Source: Candidatus Latescibacterota bacterium
Lineage (GTDB): Bacteria; Latescibacterota; UBA2968; GCA-2709665
DNA: 64,000 bases
Assembly: GCA_963662665.2 (NCBI GenBank)
Contig: CAXXJS010000025.1
Span: 32,001 to 96,000 of the forward strand
Reading direction: 5' to 3'
This document shows, in pieces, positions 37,555-49,300 of the stretch; position 1 is the stretch's first letter, and each line of letters starts with the position of its first letter. Made by a program: the position numbers and the translations under genes. The notes beneath the pieces were generated by a model. The model saw nothing but the letters and a program-made list of their open reading frames with translations, was not told where the DNA came from and made no database searches.

Positions 37555-40500
37555 TCAGAACTGCATTCTCAGACCCATTTCCGTGCGCCGGGGATGGCTG
37601 TAGAAGCTCCGGTCGGCCGTATCCCCGTACAAGAGGAAGTGAGAGTTGTCCGGGCGGGCCGTAAGCAACCCCCAGTTGGTCCAGTCGGTGGTATTGTACG
37701 AACTGTCGTCCTTCTGGTTGAACAGGTTCCGCACCTCCAGGAATAGGCTGACGTCGCCGCGCCCCTGACCGAACGGAAAGCGCTTCTCAATTGCGAAGTC
37801 GGTCCAGGTGCGAATGGGACGCAGACGTCGCTCGCGGCCCGAATTCGGCGGCGTGTACCAGAACGATCCGTTATTTTGCATTCGCCAGAGCAGGTTCACC
37901 CGCCAATTGGCAAGGAACTTGCTCCCGAACACCTTGAAATTGGGCCCATAGTCTCCTGGCGTGAGGAAGAGGAACTGCACGCTGCCCTGGTTGCGGATGT
38001 CGCCGCCGTCGGCGTTCAGGCCCGTCTGATAACCCCTGGCATAGATGTGGGTGTGGTCCAGTTCGAAGTCGTCCAGACCGATGAGCCCATACTCCCGGGC
38101 GGTCATCCGGGTCTGGTTGTAACCCCGGCCGCCGCGAGTACCGTCGATCCGTGCGAGGTTTCGGATAACTCTGTTCGCGGTGGCGCCGATCGTCCTGATC
38201 TGTTCCTGCGTGAGGGGCACCGGCACCTCCACGCCGTTCTCGACTCTGTATTCGTACCAGTATCGCCCGCTGGCGATGTACATGGAGTCGGGATACAGGA
38301 AGTTGAACCAGGCGTCGAAGTTGCCCCATCCGGCCTGCGCCCAGGTCATGTTGTACGCTACGTTGATGGCGAAGTTGTGGCTGAGCGGCTTCCGCACGGA
38401 GAGCTCCAGACCCCGCTGCTCTTCGAACCCGTTATTGTGCAGGATCCGGGCGTAGGGATGCACCCAGCCCGGTCTGTGGGGCGCGTAGAAGCGGACGTCG
38501 GAATGGTAGTGGTACTGGTCCTTCGCGCTCTTGTAATACAGCGCGATCGCGCCGGTGTAGTCCTGCACGAAGTTCCAGTCGGCGCCCACCTCCATCGACA
38601 CGGTCTTTTCAGGACGGATTTCGGTGGTGCCCTGTCCGCTGCGAATGGGATAAGATGGGCGCATAGCGTTGTAGCGCTCACCCGGGTCGATCGCGCCGTT
38701 CCCGTTCCAGTCCTGGTCAGGACCCGAAGTCCGCCAGTCCCCGTTGAAGTAATAATAGATATCCGGATACGCCAGGAACAGCCCGGCGAAATAGTGCATG
38801 GATGACCGCGCCGTTATGGGATGCGACACCCCCACCCGGGGGCTCAGGTTCTTGAATACGACCGGTTCCCGGTGGGGCGCATTCTGGAATCGCAGCGGCG
38901 AGTTGTACATGGGCGAGAACGCGTAAGCGCCCGAAGCCGGAAACTTGGATACCGGATCGAACAGATCCAGACGCAGGCCGGCATTGATGACCATGCCTTC
39001 GAATTCCATCTTGTCCTGCGCATATATCGCCAGGTGCTGGGGCTTGACAGGTTCTCCGATCACGCCCTGCGCCCCCGCGAACTCCAGCCGCCTGGCCTGC
39101 GCGCTCTCTCCGGTGTAGCGGGTAAGAAACATGCTGTACTTGATGAACTCGAAACCTGCCTTCACAAAATGCCCCTTCGTGATCTGGCTGGCCAGATCCA
39201 GCTTGACCTGATACCGCTTCCGGTCCGCAACCTGGTAATGCCGGACCTCCCGGTCCACGGCGAACCAACCGTCGGCATCTTTTCGTACGTCCGACGTTCT
39301 CTCCGCGATGTCGCTGGTGTCGTCGACGGTTGAATAGCGCGATATCCGGAGATCGTAGAACGTCCTGGGCGAGAGAGAATGGGTGATGGCCAGGTATTGC
39401 ATATTGTGGTTCGTGCTCATCTTGCCCGCCGCGCTCCAGTCCTCCTGCAGGAAGATGTTCCTCCCTCCGTCGAGCAGGCCGCGGATGACTCCCGCTGAGG
39501 TGCCCGCGGAACGTTCGTTCCGGTAGGCGTCCCGGTCGGTTCCGATAAACTTCCTGTTGCGCTCGAACAGGCCGCCGATTTTCATTTTTACGTTTTCGGA
39601 CGCGCGGACGGTGACGCTGTATGATCCCTGGTAGTTATTCAACGTAGGGACAAACCTCCCTATGTCGTCATAGTAGCCCCTCTCCGTCCCCGAAGGAAAG
39701 ATGGGCGCCAGACGTGCCGTCTTGCCCGAAACGATGAACGATGCGCTCTTCGAAAGCGGCCCCGAGATATTTCCCTCCACCTCGTGACCGGTGATTTCAT
39801 CGTAGTCCGCGCGCTGGTGGACGAGTCGGCCCGTGTCAGGGTCCCGCTCGTTCTGCCACTCGCCCTCGCCCCATTTCATTTTGTCGAGGTGCGACGGGCT
39901 CTCGTAGACGTTTGCGCCCCAGTGCTTCTGCCCCGGCGGCGTCCGCCGGTACTCTCCCCATCCGTGGAAGTTCTGGCTGCCGTCTTTCGTAATAATGCTG
40001 ACGACGCCTGCCTGAGCGTTGCCGTACTCGGCGTTCATTCCGCCCGTAACCACGGAAATCTCCTGGACGGTCGACCGGTTGATGCTCTTCCAGTTGTGTG
40101 ATCCGGCGCCGTCACTGTTCACGATTTTCACGCCGTCCACGTAGTAGGCCACGTCTCCGCCCGTGCGGCTTCGCCATTCTCCCGGCCGGTTGCTTCCCCG
40201 CATGCGGTCGGAACCATCGAGGTGAACACCCGGCTGCAGGGTGATCATTTCGCTGGTCGTGCGCACGATTGGGAGCTGCTCGATCTCATCGGCGCCGACG
40301 ATGTATTTGCTGAAGGTCTTGTCGACCTCGACGGGTGGACGTTCCGCCTTCACGACCATCTCCCCGAGTTCAAGCGTCGCTTCTTCGAGCCTGAAATCGA
40401 CCTCGGCGGTCACGTCGGCCTGCACCCGCACGTCTGTCATTGACTCGGTCTGGTATCCGATCAGAGACGCCTTCAGGGTGTAAATTCCGGGATCGGCGCG

Positions 40501-40704
40501 CAGGATCACGTAGAACCCTTCCGCGTCGGCGGTGGACCCGAGATTCTGTCCCTCGATGACCACGTTGGCGCCGGGCAGCGCTTCTCCCTGTCGATCCAGG
40601 ACCTTCCCTACGATCTTTCCGGTCGTACCGGCCCAAGCGCTCCCGCTCAGCGCAAGTGCCGTGCAGAGGGAAAGAAATCCGAAAAACAAAATGCACTTCT
40701 TCAT
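37555..40704 (-). CDS. TonB-dependent receptor with carboxypeptidase-regulatory-like N-terminal domain
   Basis: GTTGKIVG...LPGANV, plug motifs LQPGV, YYVDG, TGGMNAEYGNAQAGVVSIITK; SPRVGVSHPIT; NLFN; terminal Phe. Start ATG 40704 after GGAGG. Confidence 0.92.
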   Translation of the reverse strand: MKKCILFFGFLSLCTALALSGSAWAGTTGKIVGKVLDRQGEALPGANVVIEGQNLGSTADAEGFYVILRADPGIYTLKASLIGYQTESMTDVRVQADVTAEVDFRLEEATLELGEMVVKAERPPVEVDKTFSKYIVGADEIEQLPIVRTTSEMITLQPGVHLDGSDRMRGSNRPGEWRSRTGGDVAYYVDGVKIVNSDGAGSHNWKSINRSTVQEISVVTGGMNAEYGNAQAGVVSIITKDGSQNFHGWGEYRRTPPGQKHWGANVYESPSHLDKMKWGEGEWQNERDPDTGRLVHQRADYDEITGHEVEGNISGPLSKSASFIVSGKTARLAPIFPSGTERGYYDDIGRFVPTLNNYQGSYSVTVRASENVKMKIGGLFERNRKFIGTDRDAYRNERSAGTSAGVIRGLLDGGRNIFLQEDWSAAGKMSTNHNMQYLAITHSLSPRTFYDLRISRYSTVDDTSDIAERTSDVRKDADGWFAVDREVRHYQVADRKRYQVKLDLASQITKGHFVKAGFEFIKYSMFLTRYTGESAQARRLEFAGAQGVIGEPVKPQHLAIYAQDKMEFEGMVINAGLRLDLFDPVSKFPASGAYAFSPMYNSPLRFQNAPHREPVVFKNLSPRVGVSHPITARSSMHYFAGLFLAYPDIYYYFNGDWRTSGPDQDWNGNGAIDPGERYNAMRPSYPIRSGQGTTEIRPEKTVSMEVGADWNFVQDYTGAIALYYKSAKDQYHYHSDVRFYAPHRPGWVHPYARILHNNGFEEQRGLELSVRKPLSHNFAINVAYNMTWAQAGWGNFDAWFNFLYPDSMYIASGRYWYEYRVENGVEVPVPLTQEQIRTIGATANRVIRNLARIDGTRGGRGYNQTRMTAREYGLIGLDDFELDHTHIYARGYQTGLNADGGDIRNQGSVQFLFLTPGDYGPNFKVFGSKFLANWRVNLLWRMQNNGSFWYTPPNSGRERRLRPIRTWTDFAIEKRFPFGQGRGDVSLFLEVRNLFNQKDDSSYNTTDWTNWGLLTARPDNSHFLLYGDTADRSFYSHPRRTEMGLRMQF

Positions 40705-40805
40705 TGCAAAACCTCCGTTTAGTTGGTCTTCCTGCCTGACTTCGGCCCTGCCTGCCCGATCGGATTGTCCTTCCTCCTTTCCTTCACCCGGGCACGCGAG
40801 ACGCG

Positions 40806-41552
40806 CTACTTTCTTCCTGTTTCGTAGAATTTGACGGCAACCTCCAGATCCAGCATCTGCAGCAGCGGCATAACGCCCTTGATGCCCCATGCCTCACGCG
40901 GCCCGAGCGTTCCGACCAGGAAATTGTGCTGCGCCCGGAAATCCAGTGAAAAGTTGCTCGACATGAACCGCTCAACGCCGAACCCGATATGGCCCCCGAG
41001 CGCCCACCGGCTTTCAACAACGGGCTCCAGAACGAGGCTAGGGTCCAGCGCGTTCATTTCGGAGCCCTCGACGGCGATGCCCTTCTGACCGGGATAAATC
41101 AGGCCGCTCACGCGGTTGCTGTAACTGTGAAACCCACCACCGGCGACGACGTACGGGGACGTCATCTGCTGCGAGAAAAGGCGTGATTTGTCACCGAGCC
41201 GGAAAATCACGTTGCACAGCACACTATTGATCCGCATGCTGGCATCGGAGTCCGGGCTTGCGTAGTCCTGCGAGTCTTCGTTCCAGGTGAACGTCTGACT
41301 TTCGATCTTGCCGTCGTTGTACTCCAGCCGGTGATATTCGAACTCCAGAGCGGTGTTGACGTCACGGTTGTAAACCACGCTGCCGCCCCACCGTACAGCC
41401 TGGCTGTACCAGTTGGCCCGCAGCCCCATTACGGGCAGGTTGTAGCCCAACAGCATCCGCCCGCCGATCCGGTCATACTCACGCGCGCCGGAATCCGGTG
41501 CAAGAAGCAACACAAGAAGCCCGACAACAGCGGTACATCTCCATGTGCCCAT
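40806..41552 (-). CDS. Small outer-membrane beta-barrel protein (OmpA/OmpW-like 8-strand type)
   Basis: Signal peptide; SPYVVAGGG, GFGVE, amphipathic strands; SD AAGGAGG. Confidence 0.7.
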   Translation of the reverse strand: MGTWRCTAVVGLLVLLLAPDSGAREYDRIGGRMLLGYNLPVMGLRANWYSQAVRWGGSVVYNRDVNTALEFEYHRLEYNDGKIESQTFTWNEDSQDYASPDSDASMRINSVLCNVIFRLGDKSRLFSQQMTSPYVVAGGGFHSYSNRVSGLIYPGQKGIAVEGSEMNALDPSLVLEPVVESRWALGGHIGFGVERFMSSNFSLDFRAQHNFLVGTLGPREAWGIKGVMPLLQMLDLEVAVKFYETGRK

Positions 41553-41731
41553 AGACTGCCCTCCTTATGATGGATTGGGTCGTGCGGGCGCCACCGACAA
41601 TTCCCGCGGGACAAGGGTCATTTATTGCGGGTACGGCAAGACGGCGCCCCTCCCACAGAGGAAGCCCTCGCGATGCCGTTTCGATACCCGCCAATGAGGC
41701 GGATATGCACAAAATGCAGGTTATGTAAGGA

Positions 41732-41761
41732 ATGATAACACCCTTTAGTAGATTTTGTCAA
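41732..41761 (-). promoter_or_regulatory. Sigma70-type promoter for the envelope operon
   Basis: Minus strand TTGACA-N18-TATCAT with a TGn extended -10, about 180 bp upstream of ATG 41552. Confidence 0.7.
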
Positions 41762-42072
41762 GGAAAAAACGGGGTGTTTCTTTAGAATTCGGCATGCCGG
41801 GGGGCCCCACGGGCGCGGCGGTGTCGTGCACACCCTCTGCCAGAGGAAAATCTGATGGATGTATCGCTGAGGAGGGCGCTCCGATACCTTACAGGTCAGG
41901 CCTAGTGTGGCGTCGCCAAGCTGAGCCGTGACCAAGCTGTATGGTTCTACAATGCACGGCCGAAACATACGGGAAATGAGTCGGTGACACGCGCGTGTGC
42001 GACGCTATGCCGAATAGGCCGGCATCCGTTAGCGCGGCAGACAGAGCGAATTCGCAGACATTGTCAGACCAT

Positions 42073-42109
42073 GCGAAAAACCCCACCGGTCCGGGGCGGG
42101 GTTTTACGC
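42073..42109 (-). terminator. Intrinsic terminator after the FN3-protein/cohesin operon
   Basis: Minus strand AAAACCCCGCC-CCGGACC-GGTGGGGTTTTT; the G-U pair favours the minus strand. Confidence 0.7.
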
Positions 42110-42365
42110 TGTTCTCAATCACAGGTCTATATTCTATCGCTTATCTGCTAATCTTTCACCGCTTTTGGGCAGGTTCGCCTTCATCCCATTTGATATGTCC
42201 AACCTGCCTCTTGCCGGTGCCGGTTCGTCCAAGCGGACTCGCAAATCAACGAAAACCTCACCTCTGAGGCGATGTTCCAAGACGTCTGTGGATCGCCAGG
42301 ACGCGTGCCGAGAGCAGGAGCAGACGTTCCGGCGCACCTGTCAGATGGTGATGCCCGCTGCACGC

Positions 42366-43175
42366 CTATTTCAACAGCAACATCCGCTGGGTCGCCGAAA
42401 AGTTGCCCGCCTGTATCCGATAGAGATAGACCCCGCTGGCAACGCGCCGACCCAACTCATCCGTGCCGTCCCAGGTCGTCGCGAAAAACCCTGCTTCCAT
42501 CTTTTCGTTTACCAAAACACGCACCTCCTGACCCAGCACACTGTAAATCACCAGCCGTACCCTGCCTGCCTCCGGAAGCCGATATCCGATTATCGTCGAC
42601 GGATTGAACGGATTCGGCGCGTTCCGATCCAGACCATAAGCATCGGGAAGTGGTCTTAAATCGCCGATTTCGACGTGCGCCAGCGGTTCGACCGCGCCAT
42701 CCAGGCCGACCAGCACGCTCTCCTCAACCTGAAAGTCCGACGCGGACGGCGTAACTCCCGCCCTGAATACGAGGTCCAACAGATCGCCCTCACCGCCTGC
42801 GCCCTTGCCATCGAACTTCACGGCGCCGATTTCCAATCTGCCAGGCGTCCGGTTCGTCCTCATAGAGAGCGGCTTTTGTTCGGTGCTCGAGGATAGCAAG
42901 TTGCCCGCCAAATCCATGGCTTCCAGAAATTCATACTTTTCCGCATCGTATTCCAGCAGAAAGCCGTATCCCTTCGTTTCAGTGACCTGAGAGAGGGAGA
43001 CGCGCACTCTCAGAATCTCCTTTTCTGCGGCCGGATCGTGCACCCGCGCAAGTGTCAGTTTTGCAGAGGGGTTCCGACCTCCTATAATGGTGAGGCCCTC
43101 GGTCATCTCTCCCGCCAATGCCGGTCCTGTCCATATGAGCGCCGAGCAGATGGTTGATATGAAAAGTCTCCTCAT
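42366..43175 (-). CDS. Secreted cohesin-like domain + FlgD-Ig/T9SS-CTD protein
   Basis: Signal peptide MRRLFISTICSALIWTGPALA (ATG 43175, SD GGAGG); VRVSLSQV..TKGYGFLLEYDAEKYEF...GEGDLLDLVFR (cohesin-like); NAPNPFNPSTII.Y...WDGTDELGRRVASGVYLYRI...MLLLK. Confidence 0.8.
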   Translation of the reverse strand: MRRLFISTICSALIWTGPALAGEMTEGLTIIGGRNPSAKLTLARVHDPAAEKEILRVRVSLSQVTETKGYGFLLEYDAEKYEFLEAMDLAGNLLSSSTEQKPLSMRTNRTPGRLEIGAVKFDGKGAGGEGDLLDLVFRAGVTPSASDFQVEESVLVGLDGAVEPLAHVEIGDLRPLPDAYGLDRNAPNPFNPSTIIGYRLPEAGRVRLVIYSVLGQEVRVLVNEKMEAGFFATTWDGTDELGRRVASGVYLYRIQAGNFSATQRMLLLK

Positions 43176-43344
43176 GGCTGCCTCCCTGTATGTTGTCACC
43201 CGTGTGGTGACGTGTACTGCCGACAATTGAATCAGAGCACGCTCCAACGGGAATGGATAAGGATGTGGCGATGAATCGCTTCACCAACGTTGTGTGAAAT
43301 CAGGTCGTAAACTGATCTCACCAACGTAATGGACGCGTGTAGCC

Positions 43345-46300
43345 TCATCCTCCATCACCCCCCGAATCACCGCCCCCCTGCGATGACGCGTCATTCTGAA
43401 TATATCCGCTCAAGATGACCAGATCCGCGAAATTGATGGTCCCGTCGCCGTTCAGGTCCATCCTGCGGTCGAACCCGGCATCCGACGAACTCAGGCCGGA
43501 TTTTTCGTTGAGCATAGCTGCGTCGGCTGCATTGCGCGTGCCGTCGCCGTTGAAGTCGCCCGGACCGCGAGCGGTTATATCGAACGCTTCCGAGTCTGTC
43601 CGATTGTCCGCGTCGCTAACGGTGACTGTCGCGGAATGGGTTCCACGCTCCGTAATTTCACCTTCAATCAGTCCGCTCGCCGAAATCGACAGGCTCGATC
43701 CGGACGGGAGGGTCGGCGTTACGGACAAGCTATAGCGATAGGGCGAACGACCGCCAGAGACTGAAACCTGATGCGTAAACGGCACTGACACAATTTCTGT
43801 TATATCCGAAATGCTTGCAATTGTTACAGGTTCGGCCACGCTGAAGGTGAATGACGTCGATTTTGAAGTGTTATTGACGTCGGTCACTGTCACGCTGATC
43901 GTGAAACTACTGGTGGCCGTGGGTGTGCCTGAAATTCTCCCGCTCGACGAAATAGAAAGACCCGATCCCGACGACGGATTTGACGAAAGAGAATAAGTGT
44001 ATGGCGAACAACCGCCACTCTTCCCTACCGGAAACGAACTGATGGCCCTGCCCTTCGTTCCCGACTTATTCGATATTGACGAGATCGCCAGCGTCGAAGC
44101 TTCCCCCACGGTGATCGTGAAGTCCTCTTCGTCGGTACTCTCGTTCCCGTCGGTCACCTTTACCACAACCTTCGGACTGCTGCAGGCAGCCGAACTCGGT
44201 ACCGTGCCGGTGATGCTGCCCCCGGAGGAGACGCTGATCCACGACGGGCCGCTCTCCTTCGAAAACGTCTTCGTACCACACCCACCCGACGCACTGGCCG
44301 TGATCGAGATTTCATCATCCACTGCCTTCGTCACGTCTGCGATCGCTGCGACCTCCAGCGTCGAAGCTTCCCCCACGATGATCTTGAAGTCCTCGTTGTC
44401 GGTAATCCCGTTCCCGTCGGTCACCTTTACCACAACCTTCGGACTGCTGCAGGCAGCCGAACTCGGTACCGTGCCGGTGATGCTGCCCCCGGAGGAGACG
44501 CTGATCCACGACGGGCCGCTCTCCTTCGAAAACGTCTTCGTACCACACCCACCCGACGCACTGGCCGTGATCGAGATTTCATCATCCACCGCAGCCGTCA
44601 CGTCAGAGATCGATGCGATCGTCAGCGTCGAAGCTGCCCCCACTTTAATCTGGAAGTCCTCTTTGTCGGTAATCCCGTTCCCGTCGGTCACCTTTACCAC
44701 AACCTTCGGACTGCTGCAGACAGCCGAATTCGGTACCGTGCCGGTGATGCTGCCCCCGGAGGAGACGCTGATCCACGACGGGCCGCTCTCCTTCGAAAAC
44801 GTCTTCGTACCACACCCACCCGACGCACTGGCCGTGATCGAGATTCCATCATCCACCGCAGCCGTCACGTCAGAGATCGATGCGATCGTCAGCGTCGAAG
44901 CTGCCCCCACTTTAATCTGGAAGTCCTCTTTGTCGGTAATCCCGTTCCCGTCGGTCACCTTTACCACAACCTTCGGACTGCTGCAAACAGCCGTACTCGG
45001 TACCGTGCCGGTGATGCTGCCCCCGGAGGAGACGCTGATCCACGACGGGCCGCTCTCCTTCGAAAACGTCTTCGTACCACACCCACCCGACGCACTGGCC
45101 GTGATCGAGATTTCATCATCCACCGCAGCCGTCACGTCAGAGATCGATGCGATCGTCAGCGTCGAAGCTGCCCCCACTTTAATCTGGAAGTCCTCTTCGT
45201 CGGTATTCCCGTTCCCGTCGGTCACCTCTACCACAACCTTCGGACTGCTGCAGGCAGCCGAACTCGGTACCGTACCGGTGATGCTGCCGCCGGAGGAGAC
45301 GCTGATCCACGACGGTCCGCTCTTCTTCGAAAACGTCTTCGTACCACACCCACCCGACGCACTGGCCGTGATCGAGATTTCATCATCCACCGCAGCCGTC
45401 ACGTCAGAGATCGATGCGATCGTCAGCGTCGAAGCTGCCCTCACTAAAATCTTGAACTCTTCATCGTCCGTATTCCCGTTCCCGTCGGTCACCTTTACCA
45501 CAATCTTCGGACTGCTGCATCTTGCCGAACTTGGTACCGTGCCGGTGATGCTGCCCCCTGAGGCGACGCTGATCCACGACGGGCCGCTCTTCTTCGAAAA
45601 CGTCTTCGTGCCGCACCCACCCGACGCACTGGCCGTGATCGAGATTTCATCATCCACCGCAGCCGTCACGTCAGAGATCGATGCGATCGTCAGCGTCGCA
45701 CCCGGAACGGTGATCCTGAACTCTTCGTCGTCGGTATTCCCGTTCGCGTCGGTCACCTTTACCACCACCTTGGGACTATTGCATCTTGCCGAACTCGACA
45801 CTGTACCGGTAATGCTGCCCCCTGAGGAAACGCTGATCCACGAAGGGCCGCTCTTCTTCGAAAACGTCTTCGTACCGCACCCACCCGACGCACTGGCCGT
45901 GATTGAGATTGACGAGCCCGCCGCCTTCGTCACGTCAGAGATCGATGCGATCGTCAGCGTCGGGCAGGATACCGTAGGCGTGGCCTTCACCACTGATGAA
46001 TCACCGTGCGCGGATGTCGCTTTGGCGCGCAACTCGAAGGTGTATTTCCTATCGTTCGTCAGGTTCATCACCGCATGGCTCGTCGTCGTGGCGTCGCTGC
46101 CCGAGATATCGCCCCAGGTCGGCTGCGACGGGCGGGTGCCGCTGTAATGGACAAGCTGGTATACGGTAATGGCGGCATCGCCGGGGTCATCCCAATTCAG
46201 CGTCACCTTCCCGTCGCCTCCCGTCCCCCGCAGGTTGGCAGGGGCAGCGGGGAACGGCGTTGCCGTCACCTCTGACGAATCGCCCAGGGCGTCCGTCGCT

Positions 46301-49300
46301 TTCGCGCGCAGCTTGAACGTATACGCCGTCCCGTTGGTGAGACCCTCAACCGTGTGTTCCGTGGTGTTTTTGTCCGTATCGGAAACGTCGCTCCAGTCCT
46401 GAACCACGGTGGTCCCATGGCCATACTTGAGTTGGTACGCGGTAATGCCGTCGTCGCCGGGGTTATTCCAGGTCAGCGCCACCTGATTGACGCCCGCCGC
46501 GGCCTGCAGGTTGGCAGGCGCAGCGGGGTACGGCGTTGCCGTCACCTCCGACGAATCGCCCAGGGCGTCCGTCGCTTTCGCGCGCAGCTTGAACGTATAC
46601 GCCGTCCCGTTGGTGAGACCCTCAACCGTGTGTTCCGTGGTGTTCTTGTTCGTACCGGAAACGTCGCTCCAGTCCTGAACTACGGTGGTCCCATGGCCAT
46701 ACTTGAGTTGATATACGGTAATGCCCGCGTCGCCGGGGTTGTTCCAGGTCAGCGCCACCTGATTGACGCCCGCCGCGGCCTGCAGGTTGGCAGGGGCCGC
46801 AGGGTACGGCGTTGCCGTCACCTCCGACGAATCGCCGGGGGCGTCCGTTGCTTTCGCACGCAGCTTGAACGTATACGCCGTCCCGTTGGCGAGACCTTCA
46901 ACCGTGTGCTCCGTGGTGTTTTGGTCCGTATCGGAAATATCGCTCCAGTCCTGAACCAGGGTGGTCCCATGGCCATACTTGAGTTGATATACGGTGATGC
47001 CGTCGTCGGCCGGGTCGTCCCATTCCAGCGTCACCTGATTGACGCCCGCCGTGGCCAGGAGGTTGGCAGGCGCCGCGGGAAACGGCGTTGCCGACGCACT
47101 CGCCGACGGACCGGGGCCCGCCGCGTTCACGGCCCGCACCTGGAAGGTATGGAGGGCGCCGCTTGTCAATCCCTCCGCCGTATAACTCGTCGTACTGAAG
47201 TCGCTGCCGCCAATTTCCGTCCAGTCCGGATCCCACTCGGCGCCCGTCCGATATCGGTATTCGTATCCCGTGATCGTGGCGTCGTTCGGATTATCCCACG
47301 ACAGCGTCACCGTCCCGTCACCTGCTGACCCCGCCAGGTTGCCCGGCGCAGCGGGCGGCGGCGCGGGCGTGGCCGTCACGCCGGCCAACGTGCCGTTGCC
47401 ATTCGCGTTGATCGCGCGCACCTCGAACGTATACTCCGTCTCGTTGGTCAGTCCCGTCAAACGGTGGCTCGTCGTATTCGCGCCGCTGCCCCCAATGGCG
47501 GTCCAGTCCGGGTTCCACGTCATGCCCGTCCGGTATCGGTACTGGTAGCCCGTGATCGAATTGTCGTTCGCGTCATCCCACGACAACGTCACGGAGCCGT
47601 CGCCCACCAGCGCGCTCAGGTTTTCCGGCGCCGACGGCACTGCCGGCGCATCGATGGCGGCCCAGTCCGACCACGGACTCATATCCGTGCCGCGCCACGC
47701 CTTCACGCGATACACGTATCTTTCTCCCCCTTCCACGGTGCCATCCATATACGTCGTCACGTCCGCGCCCGTCGTGCCTATCTCGTGAAAAACCCCGGGA
47801 CCGTCATTCCTGGGCCATCGACGCAGGACCTCATAGCCAGTAACGAGTTCGGCATCGGCCTCCGGCGCGTCCCACGACAGCGTCACCGAACCGTCCACCA
47901 GCGCGACGCTGAGATTCCTCGGCGGCAACGCGAACGGCGTCGACGCCACAGTGGACGCCGCGCCGTCTCCCGCCGGGTTCTTCGCACGCAGCTGGATGGT
48001 ATATCGGGTCCCGTTAACCAGCCCCGTCAATCGGTGGCTCGTCGTCGTCGCGTCGCTCGCGTCGACGTCCGTCCAGTCCGGGTCCCACTCGGCCCCCGTC
48101 CGGTATCGGTACTGGTAGCCCGTGATCGTGGCGTCATCCGGGTCGTCCCACCGTAACGTCACCCGCCGGTGACCGGCCGTCGTACTCAGGTGGACAGGCG
48201 CCAGCGGCGGCGGCGCAGGCGTCGCCGTCACGCTGGACGCCGCGCCGCCGCCCGCCGCGTTGGTCGCGCGCACCTCGAAAATGTGCGCCGTCCCGTTCGT
48301 CAGGCCGGTCAGGCGGTGGCTCGCCGTACCGGCGTCGCTGCCATCGACGTCCGTCCAATCCGGGTCCCACTCGGCCCCCGTCCGGTATCGGTACTGGTAG
48401 CCCTCGATCGTGGCGTCATTCGGATCATCCCACGACAGCGTCACCGTTCCGTCGCCCACCGACGCACTCAGATTGACCGGGGCCAACGGCGGCGGCACGG
48501 GAATCGCCGCCACGGTGGCCGCCACGCCCGCGCCCGCCGTGTTCCTCGCACGTAACTGGAAGGTATACAGGGTCCCGTTCGTCAGACCCGTCGCCGTATG
48601 GCTCGTCAACGTGAAATCACTTCCCGCAATTTCGCTCCATTCAACCCCCGTCCAATCCAAAGGGTCCGACGCAACGCCTTCGATGAAACGAAACTCGTAG
48701 ACCGTGATCGTGACGTCGTTCTGATCCACCCACGACAGCGTCACCGTTCCGTCACCCACCGACACACTCTGGATGATGGGCACTGCCGGCGGTGGTATGG
48801 GCGTCGCCGTCACGCTGGCCGTCGCGCCCGCGCCCCTCACGTTTCTTGCGCGCAACTCGAACGTATACTCCGTACCGTTAGTCAAATTGGACACCCAGAG
48901 GAATGTCGTACTGGCGTCGCTGTTTTCAATCTCCCGCCACATAACCCCCGTCCAATCCGGAGGGTCCGTCCCGCCGCCTTCGGCGAAACGGAGTTCGTAG
49001 ACCGTGATCGTGGCGTCACTCGGATCGTCCCACGAAAGCGACACGGACCTGTTACCCGCCACAGCGGTCAGGTTGGCAGCACCCGCCGGCGCCGACGGCA
49101 CGTCAACGAGGACAAAGTTCGAATAACCGCTCAGCCTGTTGCCGCGACGCGCTTTCACCCGATATACAAAGGTCTCTCCCTCCAGGATGAAGGCATCCAC
49201 GTACGACGTCTCGCTGGCACCGGTCGTGGCTATTGCGTGAAAACCACCGACCGGATCCACGCTCGAGCGCCGCATGACCTGATACCCTGTAACCTTTGAC

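Noticed and set aside
41790-42360. ncRNA, tRNA or small ORFs in the long intergenic region
   Set aside because: No cloverleaf or recognisable RNA family motif; the short ORFs lack SD and motifs. Only the terminator is supportable.
43997-46147. 716-aa repetitive plus-strand ORF, or possible CRISPR/DGR repeats
   Set aside because: Reverse complement of the in-frame Ig repeats. Units are contiguous 267-bp coding repeats without spacers, and no cas or reverse transcriptase gene is present.
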